A DNA stretch of 64,000 nucleotides, taken from NCBI RefSeq assembly GCF_009914755.1, contig NC_060929.1. One strand, given 5' to 3'. The notes below the pieces were generated by a model. It saw nothing but the letters and a program-made list of their open reading frames with translations. It was not told where the DNA came from and did no database searches. Positions 38,231 to 53,384 of the stretch are shown here, in pieces. Origin of the DNA: the human T2T-CHM13v2.0 reference genome, Homo sapiens. Both the position numbers and the translations under genes were made by a program. Position 1 is the first letter of the stretch; the number at the start of each line of letters is the position of its first letter.

Positions 38231-40694
38231 GTCTTTGCCGCAGCAGCTTTAATCTATGACAAAAGGCCGTGAAGCATGAGCCCAGGTGCAACAACAGAGA
38301 AGAGACAATGGGAGATGCTGGCAGCTCTACTCAGTGTCTCCTGCACCTCTCAGTCTGCCCTTTGCTCTGTGACTAGGAAACTCTGTAGCTACTGCAGCTG
38401 GCTGCCGGAGATAATGCATATGACAATTACAATCCCTCCACTTTAGCTGGAAGGCTAAGCCATGACACTGTATCTATGCCACCCAAGGGACAAGAAGCAA
38501 GCTCACACCCTGGCCCTTCCAATCCAGCAGCAAGTTTTGCCATGCCACCTGTTATGGACATGTGTGAATCATTATGAAGCATAATTAAAACCAACTAGTC
38601 TTCTGCCTGCCCTCTTTCCCTCCTAAAGAGACATGCTGAGAGCTTGCTGTACCTTTCCTTTGTTAAATAAGTAAACATCTTTCCCTCTGAAGGTGAGCTC
38701 ATAGGGCCATGCCATGTGCCCATGAAACCAGGACCCTGGAGGTCCCCCGCACAGCCAGTGATCATGATTCATGGCCTCTGGCTCTCACTCGGCCTTTGAA
38801 AGGTCACACTCTAGTTTGCAGGGGACTAGAGAAGCGGAAGAGGAACAACCAGGGTTCCTAAGTCCCATCTTTTAAAATAAAAACTCTCCAGGGTAAAATT
38901 ATCAGGTAAGATCATTTATATGATAAAAAAAATACACATCAATAAGGACATATTTATTTCTTGTAAGGAGCACCCAGCTGACAGAAATCATATAATACTT
39001 CTATGTTTTCATTTATTATTTGGGGAAACAATAGGAATGTTAATAACATTGCAAGTCCCTTCCAGTCCTAACATTGTATGATTCTAAACATGTCAAATGA
39101 TAAATCAAATATGCCTAAAAGCTCTGTGTAAATAAAGTAGGAGCAATTTTCAGACTAGCAAGGACTGGAATGCACTGAAAGAATACAAGGCAGACTAAAG
39201 CAATAAGCTGCTTTTGCTTTTCTTTTTATTTTTGCTTCCAAATTTTAAGGACCTAACATGAACACAAACAGTAATTATGTCCTAGATCTTTAAAAATCCC
39301 TTTCCTGTTAAATAACTTATGAATATTAAAGAAAGATTCCAGTTGGATTTTTCTCATGATGCCCAGAACTACTAAAACAGAATCTCTTGAACAAATTACC
39401 AAGACCAAATCCTTTGGCAAAATTACATTCTCTTGCAAGTCGAAGACTCTAGGGGAAAGTTACATAGGAAGACATGAGAAGAAAACAGAAAAACAATATG
39501 AAAGAAGACTAAAGATGCCACAGTGATTACTTCATCCACCTTGTAAACACAGCCCCGGTGCACCAATCCCCTCCTCCCAGCGCTCAGAGGCCTGCAAAGG
39601 AAGGACAGACACCTCCACCAATGTGCTGGAAGCCTCAACCATCCTTACATAGTGCCCATGACCCACTGTAAGAAGAAGAGAAGGGAATACAGAAAAGGAT
39701 TAGAGAAAAATCAAAATGGTAAAGATAGTTATGGGAATATGAAGGGTTTCTTCCTGTTTCTACTTTACTACTTTTCAATTAAAAAAAAAACATGGATTAC
39801 TTCTTAAATTCATATATTATCTATATATTCATTCATTTATTTATTCATTCAATCATTGACTCATTCATTTAAAGCCCTCTGGGGTAGGTATAAGGAAGAC
39901 AGCATCACCCTAACATTATAATCTGGGAAACTACAGCCCAGAAAAGTAAAATCATTTTTACATGAATTCACATAGCACTAAAATCTACAGTATAAGGTCC
40001 ACGTACACCAGTGGCATAGACTCTGAGAAAAGTATCTACATCCCAGACATGAGAAGTAAAAATGAAGAGCTTCTTGGGCCATGATCATGGCTAAAGTCCA
40101 GGAATGTTTCCAGGCAGCTGAATGGAACCACAAACCCTTATAATTAGCCTGTTTCTGGGATGGCAAATAGTGTCACCCATTCATTTATTTCTTTTGTCCT
40201 GGCATTTCTGTACCCTATTAAGAAATGAAAGATCTGAAATAAGCAAGGAGTGACCCTCAGCTCACCCACCAACACATAGCCCATGGCCCATGCCAGAAAT
40301 ATGCAGGAGAAAGCCCCAGAAATCACGTTTACCCACAAGGCGGTGACAGCTCCTGCAAAAGATCCAAATTGTGGCTCGATTTGTTCAAGCATTCGGGGCT
40401 CAGCTATCTCATCTAATTTACCAGCGAGACACACAAGTCACAGCTAGAACTGAAGGCACCCTGTCAGGGCTGCCTGCTGGAATTATTTGGGAACAATACC
40501 GTGTGGGTTATTGTCGAGCTGCCCATCACAGCCTCGGATGTCCGTTTCTCACACCTCTCTTCACAAAACTCAGCTCTTAGCCCAGCTTGGAGCTAAAATT
40601 AACGGTTCTGTTTCCTGGTCTAAAACATGAAATATATGAACAGCTATGGCAGTTTTTTAACTGGTAACTTTTCTTGATGTTTCTATTGCCATTG

Positions 40695-40855
40695 CCTAAG
40701 TGACTCTGGACAAGCATTTAACCTTCCTAGGCTTCAGTTTCCTCATCTGAAAATGAGGGCAATGGTGCCTACTCTATCGGGTTAACGGGAGGATTATTTG
40801 AGACTTACATGCCAAACACCCAGCGCATAGGATGCACCAAGAAATGGTAACTATA
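40695..40855 (+). mobile_element. MIR
   Basis: ggacaagcatttaaccttcctaggcttcagtttcctcatctgaaaatg. Confidence 0.85.
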
Positions 40856-42136
40856 TTTTGTAGTTGACCCCAGTATATCCTCTGCCTTACGCTGATAACA
40901 GAGTTTTAAAAATATACCGCTACTTTCCTCTGGATTAGTATATTTGTGATGCTGCCATTCTGACTCTGAGGAGATTTTTAAAAATCAAATCTGGGTGATA
41001 GCTGCATTGGAAAAGCGGCAGCCGCTGCTCTGTGCAAAAGTGTAAATAAAATGCCACTTAAGTAATCACATTACTCACAGCTTAAGGTATGCAGCTCAGA
41101 GCTGCAAGCAAACACGCATGTGTGATGGATTTCTCATTATCTGTTGACTGCCACTGCAGTCCATCCAGCTGTCTGCAGGCGTCCTGCCTAGGAACGTCTA
41201 CATCAAATCCTGATGGGCCCACACTCCTGCTATCAGTGGGAACAGACCCAGCAGGAAGGAGGTGATGCCTTCATAATAAGGTGATAAAGCAAACAGAAAT
41301 GTTTGTTTGGAGAAAAGCTGCCAGGTTCAAAGTCAGCCATTAAAGGTCCCTTCCTTAGCTTCCAAATGATGCTGGGACTCTCCAACATCATTTGGGCCAG
41401 AGAAAATCTCCAGTTTCTTCCTCCCGGTCCCTGCCATGAAGAGACTTGGCCTCCTCAGAAGCTATGGTATCATCTACTTTTGACTCAGCAGTGCCCAGTG
41501 CCAGACCAGGCACCAAAGGAGAAAACCCAGAAATACTGCACTAGACTCTAGCTCCTCTCTGAAGTGGGGCTCTGAAATCCCAGGGGTTCCCATTTGACTA
41601 AAGCTGCCCAGAAAAGTGCCAAGAACTGACTGCAGATGCATTAGGTGCTTAGACCTTTTACACTCTGGATAGATACAGAACTTGTGGAGAAGCCACTTCA
41701 CAATCCAACTGCAAGTGTGCAGTGCAGATGTGGGCATCTACAGGGGCACAGGCTGGAAAGTCCTCAGGTAAGGATGCGAGGCTCAGTTCCTCGTGTTAAA
41801 TCTGATCCTCTGAGGCACCTGCCACCTTTCCTTGGGGACGGAGCTGCCTCCAAGTGGGTATCTTTGATTGGGGTAAGGTTTATCCTTGGAGACTCTACCC
41901 CTTTTGCCTCTACCTCCCAGTGGAGCTTCTGTGCCCTCATGATCTTCCTCCCTACCTTTGCTCCTCAACACTTGCTCCTGGATCCTTCCTCAGCTCCCAG
42001 TTCACTCACATGTTATAAGTGATCCAAGCCTGAAGTGACAAACTTCTACTAGGGTGTCTGCCTCCTGAATTTATGGCATGCCTGTCGGCCTCAGTCAGAA
42101 AAGGATGGAAAGTGAGGACACTTAAGAACTAGCAGA

Positions 42137-42450
<314 letters not shown>

Positions 42451-42689
42451 CTAGTGTAGAGGTAAAAGGGAATGAAAATATTCTGCAAATAGCATTCAAG
42501 GAAGAGACAGTGACCAAGAAAATGAGCATAGTCAATGTGAAAACATTTTCTACTACAGACCTGAAATAGGCCCAGTAGGCAGCAGAGCAAGGACCCAGGT
42601 CCTAGAGGAGGTAATGGTACCTTGCCATTTTCTAAGCAGAAACCAAGAAACTGTAACTTGAGCCTGTGTTCACCTACAACAGGAAGCAA

Positions 42690-42935
42690 ATGAATGTTTA
42701 CTGAACATCCATGGCCTGCCAAGCACCGCACTCTGTGCTTTATGTAGATTATTCCACAATATCAGCACAATGACTTTGCAAGGATGATGGTGGCCTCTAC
42801 ATTTTGTAGCTGAGGAAACTATGGCTCAGAGAAGTTAAGTAACCTGTTCCAGGTGACACCAGGCAGGAAACACAAGAGCCAGCAGTCACATCTGGTTCTG
42901 TCCAACTGCTCCTTCTGTGCACCACGATAGCCTAC
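42690..42935 (-). mobile_element. MIR
   Basis: tgaggaaactatggctcagagaagttaagtaacctg. Confidence 0.8.
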
Positions 42936-44509
42936 TGCCCCAAATTGGCTACAGATTCCACCAAGTTCTAGACCATCATCTCCCAAAGGGTGAACTCTGC
43001 TGCACCCGACTCAGACCCATACAACCAGCAGGGACTCAGAACAGGTATTGGTTGAATCAAAGCTGCTACATGGAGAAATTATGACTCCTCTTGGCAACTA
43101 ACAATTCTTTTGAAGGAAAAAGACAACCCTTGATAAAGCCCAGGGAAACTGAGCTTTCTGTGCTAAAACATGAGTGAACACAGGATTTAGAAGGAGAGGG
43201 GAGAAGAACTGAAATCCTAAGAGACATCTGGAAGGAAGCGGACGGAAGGACGAGGAAGGTGCTGGGCCTGGCTCTGCACTAGAGTAAGGTCAGGAGAAAG
43301 CCAGTCCATGGGAAGGGCCCTCGGGTGGCAGAGTGACCTCATGAAAGGAGAAAATACATGTTTAATTACAAATTTTGAGACTGTCTGTTGTGGAGTGTGT
43401 GAGGTAAGACCCATCCTTAGTCTCCCACACAAAATCTTTAGTGAATTCCACTGGGCGCACTAACACCTGTGTGCAAATGACTCCTCTTTGGGAAAGGAGG
43501 GGTGGGTTCAAAGAGGTGGCAAGTTCTGTGACTGTGAGGGAAGCTCTGGGAACTACAAGATGAGGGAACAGCTGGTCCCAAACCAACCTTGCTATGACAC
43601 TGGACCTCTGCATGGCTCCTGGGTAGAGATGGGCAGTGGGCAGAGGATAAAGCAGAAGTCTCGCTCATACAGCTTTTGTTTACACAAGTTCTGGGGAGGG
43701 CCAGTTCTCAATGTATGGAGAACAACTCGCTAATGTGCATCAGCCCACAGTTCGATATGTGAATTGCCCCAGACTAATGTGCCTCTGTCCCCAGCAGCAG
43801 CGCAAGCACAGATTGGGCCCAACAGCCAAGCGGGTTGCTCGCAGACACACACACGTTAAGAAACCTGGGGCCCGTCTCACTAAAATTAGATGCAAATTTG
43901 ATTTTGGTCATTGCTTGTCTTCCTGCTGGTCCTTGCATTCTTCTTCCACACAATGATTATACCTGATGACAGAACTGGAGAAAATATTAAATAAATTATG
44001 AACACATGCTCAAACACAGCAGCACAGATCTTTTGTGTTATTAACATTGTCTCTCTGCTCTTTAGAGGATCACATTATTCTTGAATCTTTCACAGCTAAA
44101 ATCTACCTGGAAACATAAATTTCCCTCACTGTAATGTGAACAAGTCCCTTAACAACAGCAGCAGTTCATTACCAAACCATTTTGGGTTAGATATCTCCAA
44201 GAAAATAAATAACCAGTTTAAAGACCGTCAGAAAAATGGCCCACTCATATTCAGCTTAAACATGGTTATTTATTAGAAATCATCAAGAGCCACTCACACC
44301 TGTGGTAACTATTAGCACAGAAGGTCCTCAGTGAGGTTTCTACTTAAAGACAGGAAAAAGACATGAAACATGGAGCTGCCATGGCATTCCATTTTGAATA
44401 GATCCGCATTTCAGCCTCGCCTTGGCCTTTGTGTCTGCTCTTGGTAATGGAAGCCTTTTGCACCAATTGTTCAGGCATGGAAGAGCCCTAGGGAGATATT
44501 TGTAAGAGG

Positions 44510-44965
44510 GGAGAATACCACATGTAGAGCCACTACTCTGTGCCAGGCAGGGCTCACCCTCCAAAGTGGAAGTCAGCACGATTGTTTTTTTTTTCTGTAA
44601 AGGGCCAAATAGTAAATAGTTTAGGTTTTGTAGGCCATATACAGACTCTGTCACACATTCATCTTCTTTTTAACCCCTCCTTTAAAAATCATTCTAAACT
44701 AGCTGGCCTCAGCTGGAGCAGGCCTGTAGGCTGAGTTTGTCCATCCTGCTCTAAACAGACTACATCTCTTAATGTTCTTCACCACCCTAGGTGGTCAATG
44801 CTGTTTTTACCATTTTAAAGATAAAGGGAATGAGGTGCTGAGATGTTAGGGAACCTGCTTGAGTTCACACACTTGGCTAAGTGTCAAAGCACAAAGCCAG
44901 ACAGGATCTAAATCTAGGTCCATTCGTTTTTAAAGGTCAGACACTTCCCACTATATCACATGGCC
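44510..44965. mobile_element. MER58(C-like) element (~44567-44748) inserted in a minus-strand MIR
   Basis: ttttctgtaaagggccaaatagtaaatagtttaggttttgtaggccata; MIR halves on both sides. Confidence 0.75.
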
Positions 44966-47694
44966 TCAAAAACATTCTAAATTTGGCAACTCTCTTCTCA
45001 GAAAAGAGTGAATTTATACTATGAGTAAGAAGGGATGTAGGGAACTAATGTTTCTTGAACATCTATGTGTTGCCCTGGCCACGAGAGTCCACAGGGCTGC
45101 CATGGATGGTTGTATAGGTCACTCGCTGAACAAGAATGCCAGGTCAGGAAACTAACGCAGGCTGAAATCCCATCTGCACTGCACACAGTAACCAAGCACC
45201 CTGGAGCAGGTCTGCACTCACCCAGAAGGGCCCCTCCTTCTATTTCTTACTAGGCCCATGGTGGCTGCAGCAGCCCTGCTAGTGTACCTCCCAGGGAGGC
45301 AGAATGAGGGAGGACCAGCCTCACCAAAATCCAGGGGAGACTGCAGCCTAGAACAGCAAAGGGAGATAGAATAGAGTCTGAGTGTGTCAAATCACAGAGC
45401 AGGAGGGTGGTAGGTGAAGCCAGTGACAGGGACCCAGGTACCAAGTCTCGGCCACAAGGAGAACAAAGTTCCCCCAACAACCTTAGGATAGAATTTTGCA
45501 GTAAGAAGACAAATAGACCACTGTTTCACACACAGTATGAATTAACCTACATCATTATCTCAAAAGGTAACAGTGGAAAACAGGTACTTTAAAGGAAGAG
45601 TTACACAAATTCTATTCAGTTCAACAATTATTAGCTCTCTTAGTGATCACTTTACAAGAGCTTATTAAAAGGCAACAGGAGGTGCTGGAGAATTTCCCTA
45701 ATATCTTGATGTTTATATTCTACAGGTGCCATCCTTAACAAAAACACACTGTTAACCTGGAAGAAAAATAGGTGGCACCCAGGGTCACACTGCTTTTCAG
45801 TTGGTCCTGCAAGCTCCCAGGCCACAGTTCTTCAGACCATTGCCTCCAAAGTCATCAGCCGAGCATTATGGGGACATACAAGTCCCCACTTGGCTGCCAT
45901 GGTGCAAACTGTTTCTGCCCTAAAGCTCCCTGTCAGAAGACAGCCGGGGTCCAGTCCCAAGACTGACTGTATGTCCTGCTCATCATGCCCCTCCTCCTAG
46001 ACTCAGACCTTCTGGTCATAACTTGCAGGAGGCAAACTAAACCAAACACCACCAGAAGCGCCTCCACACAGAGGCATGCTCCTGCCTCAGGGCTCGACGA
46101 GACTTCCTTGCAGTGACAATGCTGGCAAAGGGTCCTTAAGCACCCTTGAGGCTTCTGTTCTCCCCCATCCTACCCAACTGGAAAAAATATACTCAGAATC
46201 GTCTCCCTGAGATTGCAGAGGGCAAAAATTTAGTGAAATTGATAGGCACTGGTTAACAAATGGAAGAAACTACACTTTCCATTTTTAATCTCCAACTTTA
46301 AGGACAAGATTTTTCTCAGATGCCTCTAACAGTTTCTGCAATTGTCTCTAGATAGACACTAGTGAAGAGAGAAAGCAAATTGCTCCCTGCAATTACTAAG
46401 CTCTGAACTCCTAAACAGCCAATTTTTATGCTGTCATTGTAGTTGTGTCTATGGACAGCTGGTTCAGGCTAGGGCAATCATTCCCAGAGCCCTTCACTAC
46501 TGCTAAATGCAATGTGGAAAATTACCCAGAAAACAGCTGTTTGTGCTTTAGGCGGTACCTACATGGGGAGAGAAGCAATGGGCGGGTAGAAGTCACAAGC
46601 CATAAAATTGAGAAAATACTATTTTCAAGTTAAATGCAAAGGGAAGTCCCATTACAAGAGGTAATCAATAATCAAGAAGAAGGACAATAAGAAAAGACCC
46701 TCTGGTTAAAGAGAGAAGGGAAGCAGCAAGAGTCCCCTCCAAATGACAAATAAGTGAGCTGTAACAGTTCCAGAGAGACTTAACTTCACCACTGTTACGG
46801 TCCCAAGAGCATTGATGGTGCTCACTCAGCAACAGGGAGCCAGGCACAGTCCTCAGCTTCTGTGTGATTTTCTCCTTCAATGCACACAACTCCACAATGT
46901 AGAGGCAGCTTCTATCTCAATTTTGGTAAAGTTCCGTGGCTCAATGCACACTGCTACTGACTTTTGAAAGAACAAGTAATGGCAGCATACCTATTCTCCT
47001 TTCCAACCATAAGCCAAGAATCTAAGAGACTTAGAACCCTTGGACATACCCAATCCTAACTCTGTCCCAGGTCCTGACAATAAGCTGCCCACAACATAGA
47101 AAGACCAGCACAGTGTCCTGAATCCTACACAATGCTTCCCCTTCTAAAGGCTCTATCTTCCCAGGCACAGCCAATTCTCACTCTCTACTTTGAATCCCTC
47201 TTACTTGTGAACAATTGGCCAGTGGGGTATAAAGCAAGGGTCTTTAATCAGTGAATACAGAGAGGGTCCAGAAGCAGCCAGAGAATCAAATCGCTAGCCT
47301 CTCCTAGGTTCCTGAGACCTGGCAGTCATTTGCTGCCAAGCCTGGACACCAGGCTACATTTAGATGGAAAATCTGGACTCACAAAGATTTTTACATACAG
47401 AATTCTAAGCAAGGTTATTGAAGTCCCTCACGGTTTATCCAGAACCTCCAGGCTCTCCTAACTGTACCAGGGGAACAGGACACAATGCCATCTGGAATGA
47501 TGTTTTAGTAAACAACTTTAAAAGCCACTAAGGTGACTGTTGACTTCATTGATTTATTTCTGTGATGGAGAACTGGGGAAGGAAAAGCTACCCAATTTTT
47601 CCTCAGTACTGAACTATTCATAGCAGAAAGCTCGAAATGTGGTTTGATTAGCTTAATGCAAACTGCAAAAAGCAAGGATACATCCTCACCAGCA

Positions 47695-47930
47695 GAGCAG
47701 TGCAGTAGAGTACTGAGCTATGGGGTCCAACAGAACCCAGCTTGAGTCTTGGCTTCAACAAGATTATTGACTACGTAACCTTAGAAATGAACTGAACCTC
47801 ACTTATCCAATCTATGAAATGAGGTTATTAATGAAGCAAGCTTCATAGAGTTTACCAAGTCAAAATGAGTTAATCCATGTAATGTGCTTAGCTAAAGGAC
47901 TGATGAATGCTCATTATAAGTAATACTCTT
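47695..47930 (+). mobile_element. MIR
   Basis: ctgaacctcacttatccaatctatgaaatgagg...tgtaatgtgcttagc. Confidence 0.7.
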
Positions 47931-48414
47931 GTTTAATAAATGATTATAAATTATATGTATTTTAACCCTTACCTCCTTTTTTTCTTTCCAAGGCCTGCTC
48001 ATCATATAACTATTTTAAGGGAAAATGGTTAAAGGAAATACTTGATTGGCTTGTTGCTTTTCTTTAAAACACGGCACATTCTGGTTCCATGGTCTAAAAT
48101 ATGATCCAAAGAGTCAGTGACTCTTTGGATTTTACCCAGTGGAAATGAGTCCTTTAAAAAGAGGTCTAACATGTAAGCCAGAGGCAAAGGTGGGAGAAAG
48201 TGGTACTTTTTTATCATAAAGAAGCAGCAATTCAGGGGAGAAAGACAACAAGTTTCCCAGCTAGAGATGTGTTGGTTGAAGCTAGAACAAAGCCATTAGA
48301 GCTGTATATCCTGCTCAACAAGAGGAGGAAAACCACATTTTCCCAGATCTTGCTTTAAAATGCATACGGGAATGAGCATGCAAAGAATAAAATTCATAAA
48401 GCATCTCCCACCTC

Positions 48415-49330
48415 AAAAAAACACCAAAAAGAGAGTGAAAAGCCAAGCCACATAGTGAGAGAGAAGATACTTGCATCACTTAAAACCAACAAATGGCTTG
48501 CATATAGAACTTATACCAATCAATAAGAAAAAGACAGATAATCCAATTAAAAATAAGACACAGAAAGTATGAATAGGCACTTTACAAAATAGGATACCCA
48601 TAGGCCAAAATATACCAGAATGCCTAAAAACTAAAAGATAATGGCCATACCGAGCATAAGAAAAGATGTGGAGCAACTGGAACTCCTGCACACTGCTGGC
48701 AGGAGGGCAGCATTAAAGTGCTACAGCTGCTTCAGGAAACTGTTTGGCAATAGGAACTGAAGATAAGCACATGAACCTCACAGCCCAGCAACTCCAACCC
48801 TAGGATTTTACCCAATGGAAATGAGTACAGGAATACAAAAAGATCTCAACAGAAATGTTCATAAGCAGAAATACTCAAAATTACCCTCATTTGAAAAAAC
48901 TCAAATATCCACCAGGAATATTAATCAAATGGACATTGTGTTATGTTCACACAACTGAATTTTACACATAAAAAAAAATTGCTATGCATTACCAGAGATA
49001 ATATTACCTACATAACAGTGACTGACAAAAGGCCAGACATAGAAGAATATAAACTGTGTGAGTCCATCTATCCATCTATATAAAGTTCAAAAAAGGGCAA
49101 AACTAACATATGATGAAAAGTTAGAACAGCAGTATCCTTTGGAAACAAGGGAGGTGAAAGGAGTCAGGAGGAGAATACAATTAGGGGAGCTTGAGCGAGG
49201 CTTTTGGAGTAACAGTAATATTCTGTTTCTTGATCTCAGGGATGGTTACATGGGTGTGCTCACTTTGTGGTAAGTCCATTCTATTCATGTACTTTGCACA
49301 CATGCGTATCACATTTTAATAAAGGTTTGA
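48415..49330 (+). mobile_element. L1ME 3' end
   Basis: caatcaataagaaaaagacagataatccaat, gatgtggagcaactggaactc, tctgtttcttgatctc..gatggttacatgggtgtg. Confidence 0.85.
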
Positions 49331-49599
49331 GAAATAAGTGAAACAGAAACAGGCTATTCTGATGTCTTGATATGATTGACATGGGCCACTGCTTAGTTGT
49401 AAATAAAGAAATACTCTGAGCCAGAAAAAGGTATTTCCAGGGAAACCTTCATATGGCAGAACGGACAGGTTTCCTAATACCAGGTGAACTGCTGAAGGCG
49501 TACATCCCACAGTTAGGGAGAAGCGGGGCCCTTGTCTAGTCTCAACCCTGACAGGTCTGGAAAGCCAGAAAGGCACAAGGGAAGCCTAGTACTGGCACA

Positions 49600-50160
49600 A
49601 GTAGTAATTAACATATTGATCGCTTACTAAGTGCTGGTATCTTTCCAAGTGCATAAAACATCTCAATTGATGTAATCCTCATTACTCTCTCTTTTATTTT
49701 TCAAGTGAAGTAACTAAGCACAGAGGAATTTGGGGGTTGGCCTGAGGACACACAGCTGGTAAACGCCAGAGCCTAGATTCACCTGGTAGTCTTGATCCAG
49801 AACCCACATGCTTAACAGCACAATTGACCACCTCCCTGAACTACCTGGCGATCTATAGAACAGGAAATCCATCCATCTGCCTCAAAAGAAGCATGCATGC
49901 CAGCCCAGAAAAGAGCAGACAGACACTGGAGGAGCAGAGCCACCAGGGATGGGCACCAACCACATGACAGGCAACAGGCTAAGCAAGCTCTCTGTCCCAA
50001 ATTTGATTTAATTCTCACAACAGTCCTCTAATCTAGCTATGATTACTGGCCCTATTTGAAAGATGAAAAACGTGAGGCTCAAAAGAGTTAACTTTACACA
50101 GCCAGGGAGGGGCACAGGCAGGTTGCAAGTGTGTAATTCCTTCACCTGAAAGGTCAGTAA
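49600..50160 (-). mobile_element. Two MIR copies (~49600-49815 and ~50005-50160)
   Basis: gaagtaactaagcacagagg..cacacagctggtaa; agatgaaaaacgtgaggctcaaaagagttaa. Confidence 0.75.
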
Positions 50161-50429
50161 GATCTCCCAGGTCCTACAAACCAGAATCAGAACAGGCCCT
50201 GACATCATGGTGTTTCCATGGCAACTCCAGGAGGCCACCACAACTGAGGTCAGGTATGGGCAGAGGAGTTCACACCTATAAGACTGCTTTATATGTCCAG
50301 GCTAGAACCAAATGCAGCAAATAACGGAGCTCCCTTGAGCAAGGAGAGGGGTAAGCTGAGCTATGAGAACTCCATGCAAATGAAAGCTGATGGGAGGCTT
50401 GGACATGCCCTGCCTGGAGTGGTGGAGAG

Positions 50430-50912
50430 GACCTCTGTTTTATCTGTCCCACAGGCTTCCCCCTTCTTCCAAGCAAACCATTTACCTAAGGTCCAGGCAT
50501 GGCTGACCACACCCCCAGCCAGGCTGGCCACTGTGAGCTCACACTCCTTGCCACAGCAATGCATCAAGGAATGGATGCATGACCTTCACAGCTTGGTAAA
50601 AACCCTTCCTGTTTGCATGTGGATGCCAGAGAGAAAGGGTTCTCTCTCCACATGGCCCTATTAGGAAGAGGCTGGCTTGGAACTGCCAGAGAAGATCTTC
50701 CCAGTCATGTGATAAAAGCATCTCTGAGAATAAATCCAATGTGCCAAAGGAGCTGCAGCCAAGAGAGAGGAGAAAGCGAGTGCAAGCCTGGATGCAGCCA
50801 TGCCTGAAGTCCAACAAAGAACTTTCAAATTACAGGGAACAATAACTCGGCTTTGTATGTAAGCCAGCCTGAACTAAATTTCATTCATGTGTAACCATGA
50901 GAATCCTAACAC
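50430..50912 (+). mobile_element. Old MaLR LTR (MLT1J/K-like)
   Basis: ccttgccacagcaatg, gcctggatgcagccatgcctgaagtcc, taaccatgagaatcctaacaca. Confidence 0.75.
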
Positions 50913-51128
50913 AGTAGAGGTCTCTGGATGAGGGATGAGGAAGGAATATTTTCCAAAGCAAGAAACTGCAGACTAAAGGGGGTGAAGCTGAACAGTCTTA
51001 ATTACCCCTGAGGAGAGTTTCGAATGGGAACTACCCTAAGCTAAACCCCTAAAAGTGTTGCTCAGCATCCAGAAAAGGAAGGAGCTTGGTTTCATAGGAA
51101 AACCCTATGCTGTCCATTCACTGGTGTA

Positions 51129-51131
<3 letters not shown>

Positions 51132-51163
<32 letters not shown>
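51132..51163 (+). repeat. Poly(A)32 tract
   Basis: 32 consecutive A. Confidence 0.95.
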
Positions 51164-51166
<3 letters not shown>

Positions 51167-52124
51167 GGAGGAGCCAGACCAAAATGCTGGGGCAGCTACC
51201 ATGGGTGTGGATGTGATCTGAAAAGACGGAGTCACCCATCACCTTCCAGAGAAAACAATTGTTAGAACGAAGCCCTTCCCAGGACAGAACTAGTGCATAG
51301 CCAGCTAGTCTTCTGCACATGAATCTCTACAGCGTAATGCACTGACGCATCTTTAAGATTTTCCTTTGATTTTCATTCCATGCAGGATTCAGCCACTGAG
51401 AAAGAACAAAATGGTATTTTACTACCTGTAGATACACATCCTAACTTTTAAATTCGTATATTCAGATAGGAAGGGAGTTGGCAATAAGAGGTAATTAAAC
51501 CCATAAATCCACTGATTTATCACTGGACAAACACGAAACTGGCACCATGACAGTAAACTCTTTGCAGGCCACATTTCCCTCAGAGTCGCTGCTGCAAACA
51601 CGGCGGAAAATCCTGATTTGGAGTAAGAAATAATTTCATTTTAATCTTGTTTATCTTCTTGTAATCTTGTTTATTACTAGGGTCACTAGTAATCCCCTGT
51701 GACCAGTACCCATCTGGCACATTCTTTTAAGAAAACTGTGGCCACTGCTGTTTCATTCAATTCTGCAGTTGGTTTGTTGAATTTTTTTTTTTTTTTTTTG
51801 ATGTACATTGTAGGCCATTGGGTATTGGGCTTATTTCTTTAAATAAATCTAATAAACGAACACACAGCACCATTTATTTCAGGAATATTTTGAAAGCACA
51901 AATAAGACTTTGGCAGCTTTTATTAGAGCACATGAAATGCTGTCTCCAGGGGAGTTCACAGAGCCCAACAAATTAGTTTAATCTCAAGTGGACCATGATG
52001 AAGGAAAGTGATCCACCAAAGCAATATGCAATTAGTACTAATATTCTGCAATTCTGTAGCTTGCATCATCTGAGCATTTTAGGATGGACTACATGCTTTA
52101 ATAAATTCTGACAATGCCCTCTAG

Positions 52125-52270
52125 AGCTTCAAATCTCAAACTTTAGCCTGCATCAGAATCACAGAGGAAGTGAAAAAAAGAGGCAGATCCCTGGGACTTA
52201 CCCACAGAAATTCTGATTCAGGAAACCTGTCATGGGGCTCTGAAATCCCACCTTGCCCCTCCCCAGTGTG
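52125..52270. mobile_element. MER5A fragment
   Basis: ctcaaactttagcctgcatcagaatcac...agaaattctgattcag. Confidence 0.75.
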
Positions 52271-52381
52271 AGTGTGCTCCTGGTATGAATCATGAATACT
52301 ACCATAAAGAAAGGTAATACCACTTTCCCTATACACAGACAAGAGCTCGGAATAAGCAGAAGCTTGACACTTGCTGTAGGG

Positions 52382-52870
<489 letters not shown>

Positions 52871-52999
52871 GGTACTAGATGAAACAGCAGCATCTAAGAA
52901 AAAATAATTGAGAGTTAGCTGTACTAGATCATATTTATTTCCATCATGAGAAAAACTACAGCAATTTCCTATATTAATAGATACAGGCAAAATGGCTTG

Positions 53000-53195
53000 G
53001 ATTGAGTACATACTGTGCATTATAAGTCTCTCAAAAACCCTGTATTAGTTACGTTTTATAGGTGAAGAGACTGAGATCCAAGAAGCTAAGTGATCTGCCC
53101 AAGGATGCAGGGCTGGCCAGGACACAGTCAAGAGTTGAACACAAGTCCTACAATTCCAACACCCATGCTGTCTCCATCACAACACACTGCCTCCA
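53000..53195 (-). mobile_element. MIR
   Basis: ttttataggtgaagagactgagatccaagaagctaagtgatctgcccaagg. Confidence 0.8.
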
Positions 53196-53384
53196 TGTAG
53201 ATGAGCTCAACTGAAAACACAAAGGCCAAGGCCGTGGAAGTTGTCACCTCCCTTATCTCAAACTGACATTTTCCATTATTTTCCACATATCAGCTGGCAT
53301 TCCTACCCAGGGTTCTATACATAAATAAAGACAGCATCCCACAGAGAAGGGAAGATGTTCCAGGACCAGGATTTGACCCTATTG

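Noticed and set aside
51426-51612. Minus-strand pseudo-exon (acceptor tttcttactccaaatcAG, donor CAG|GTAGTA)
   Set aside because: Weak donor, early stop in phase 0, no other support
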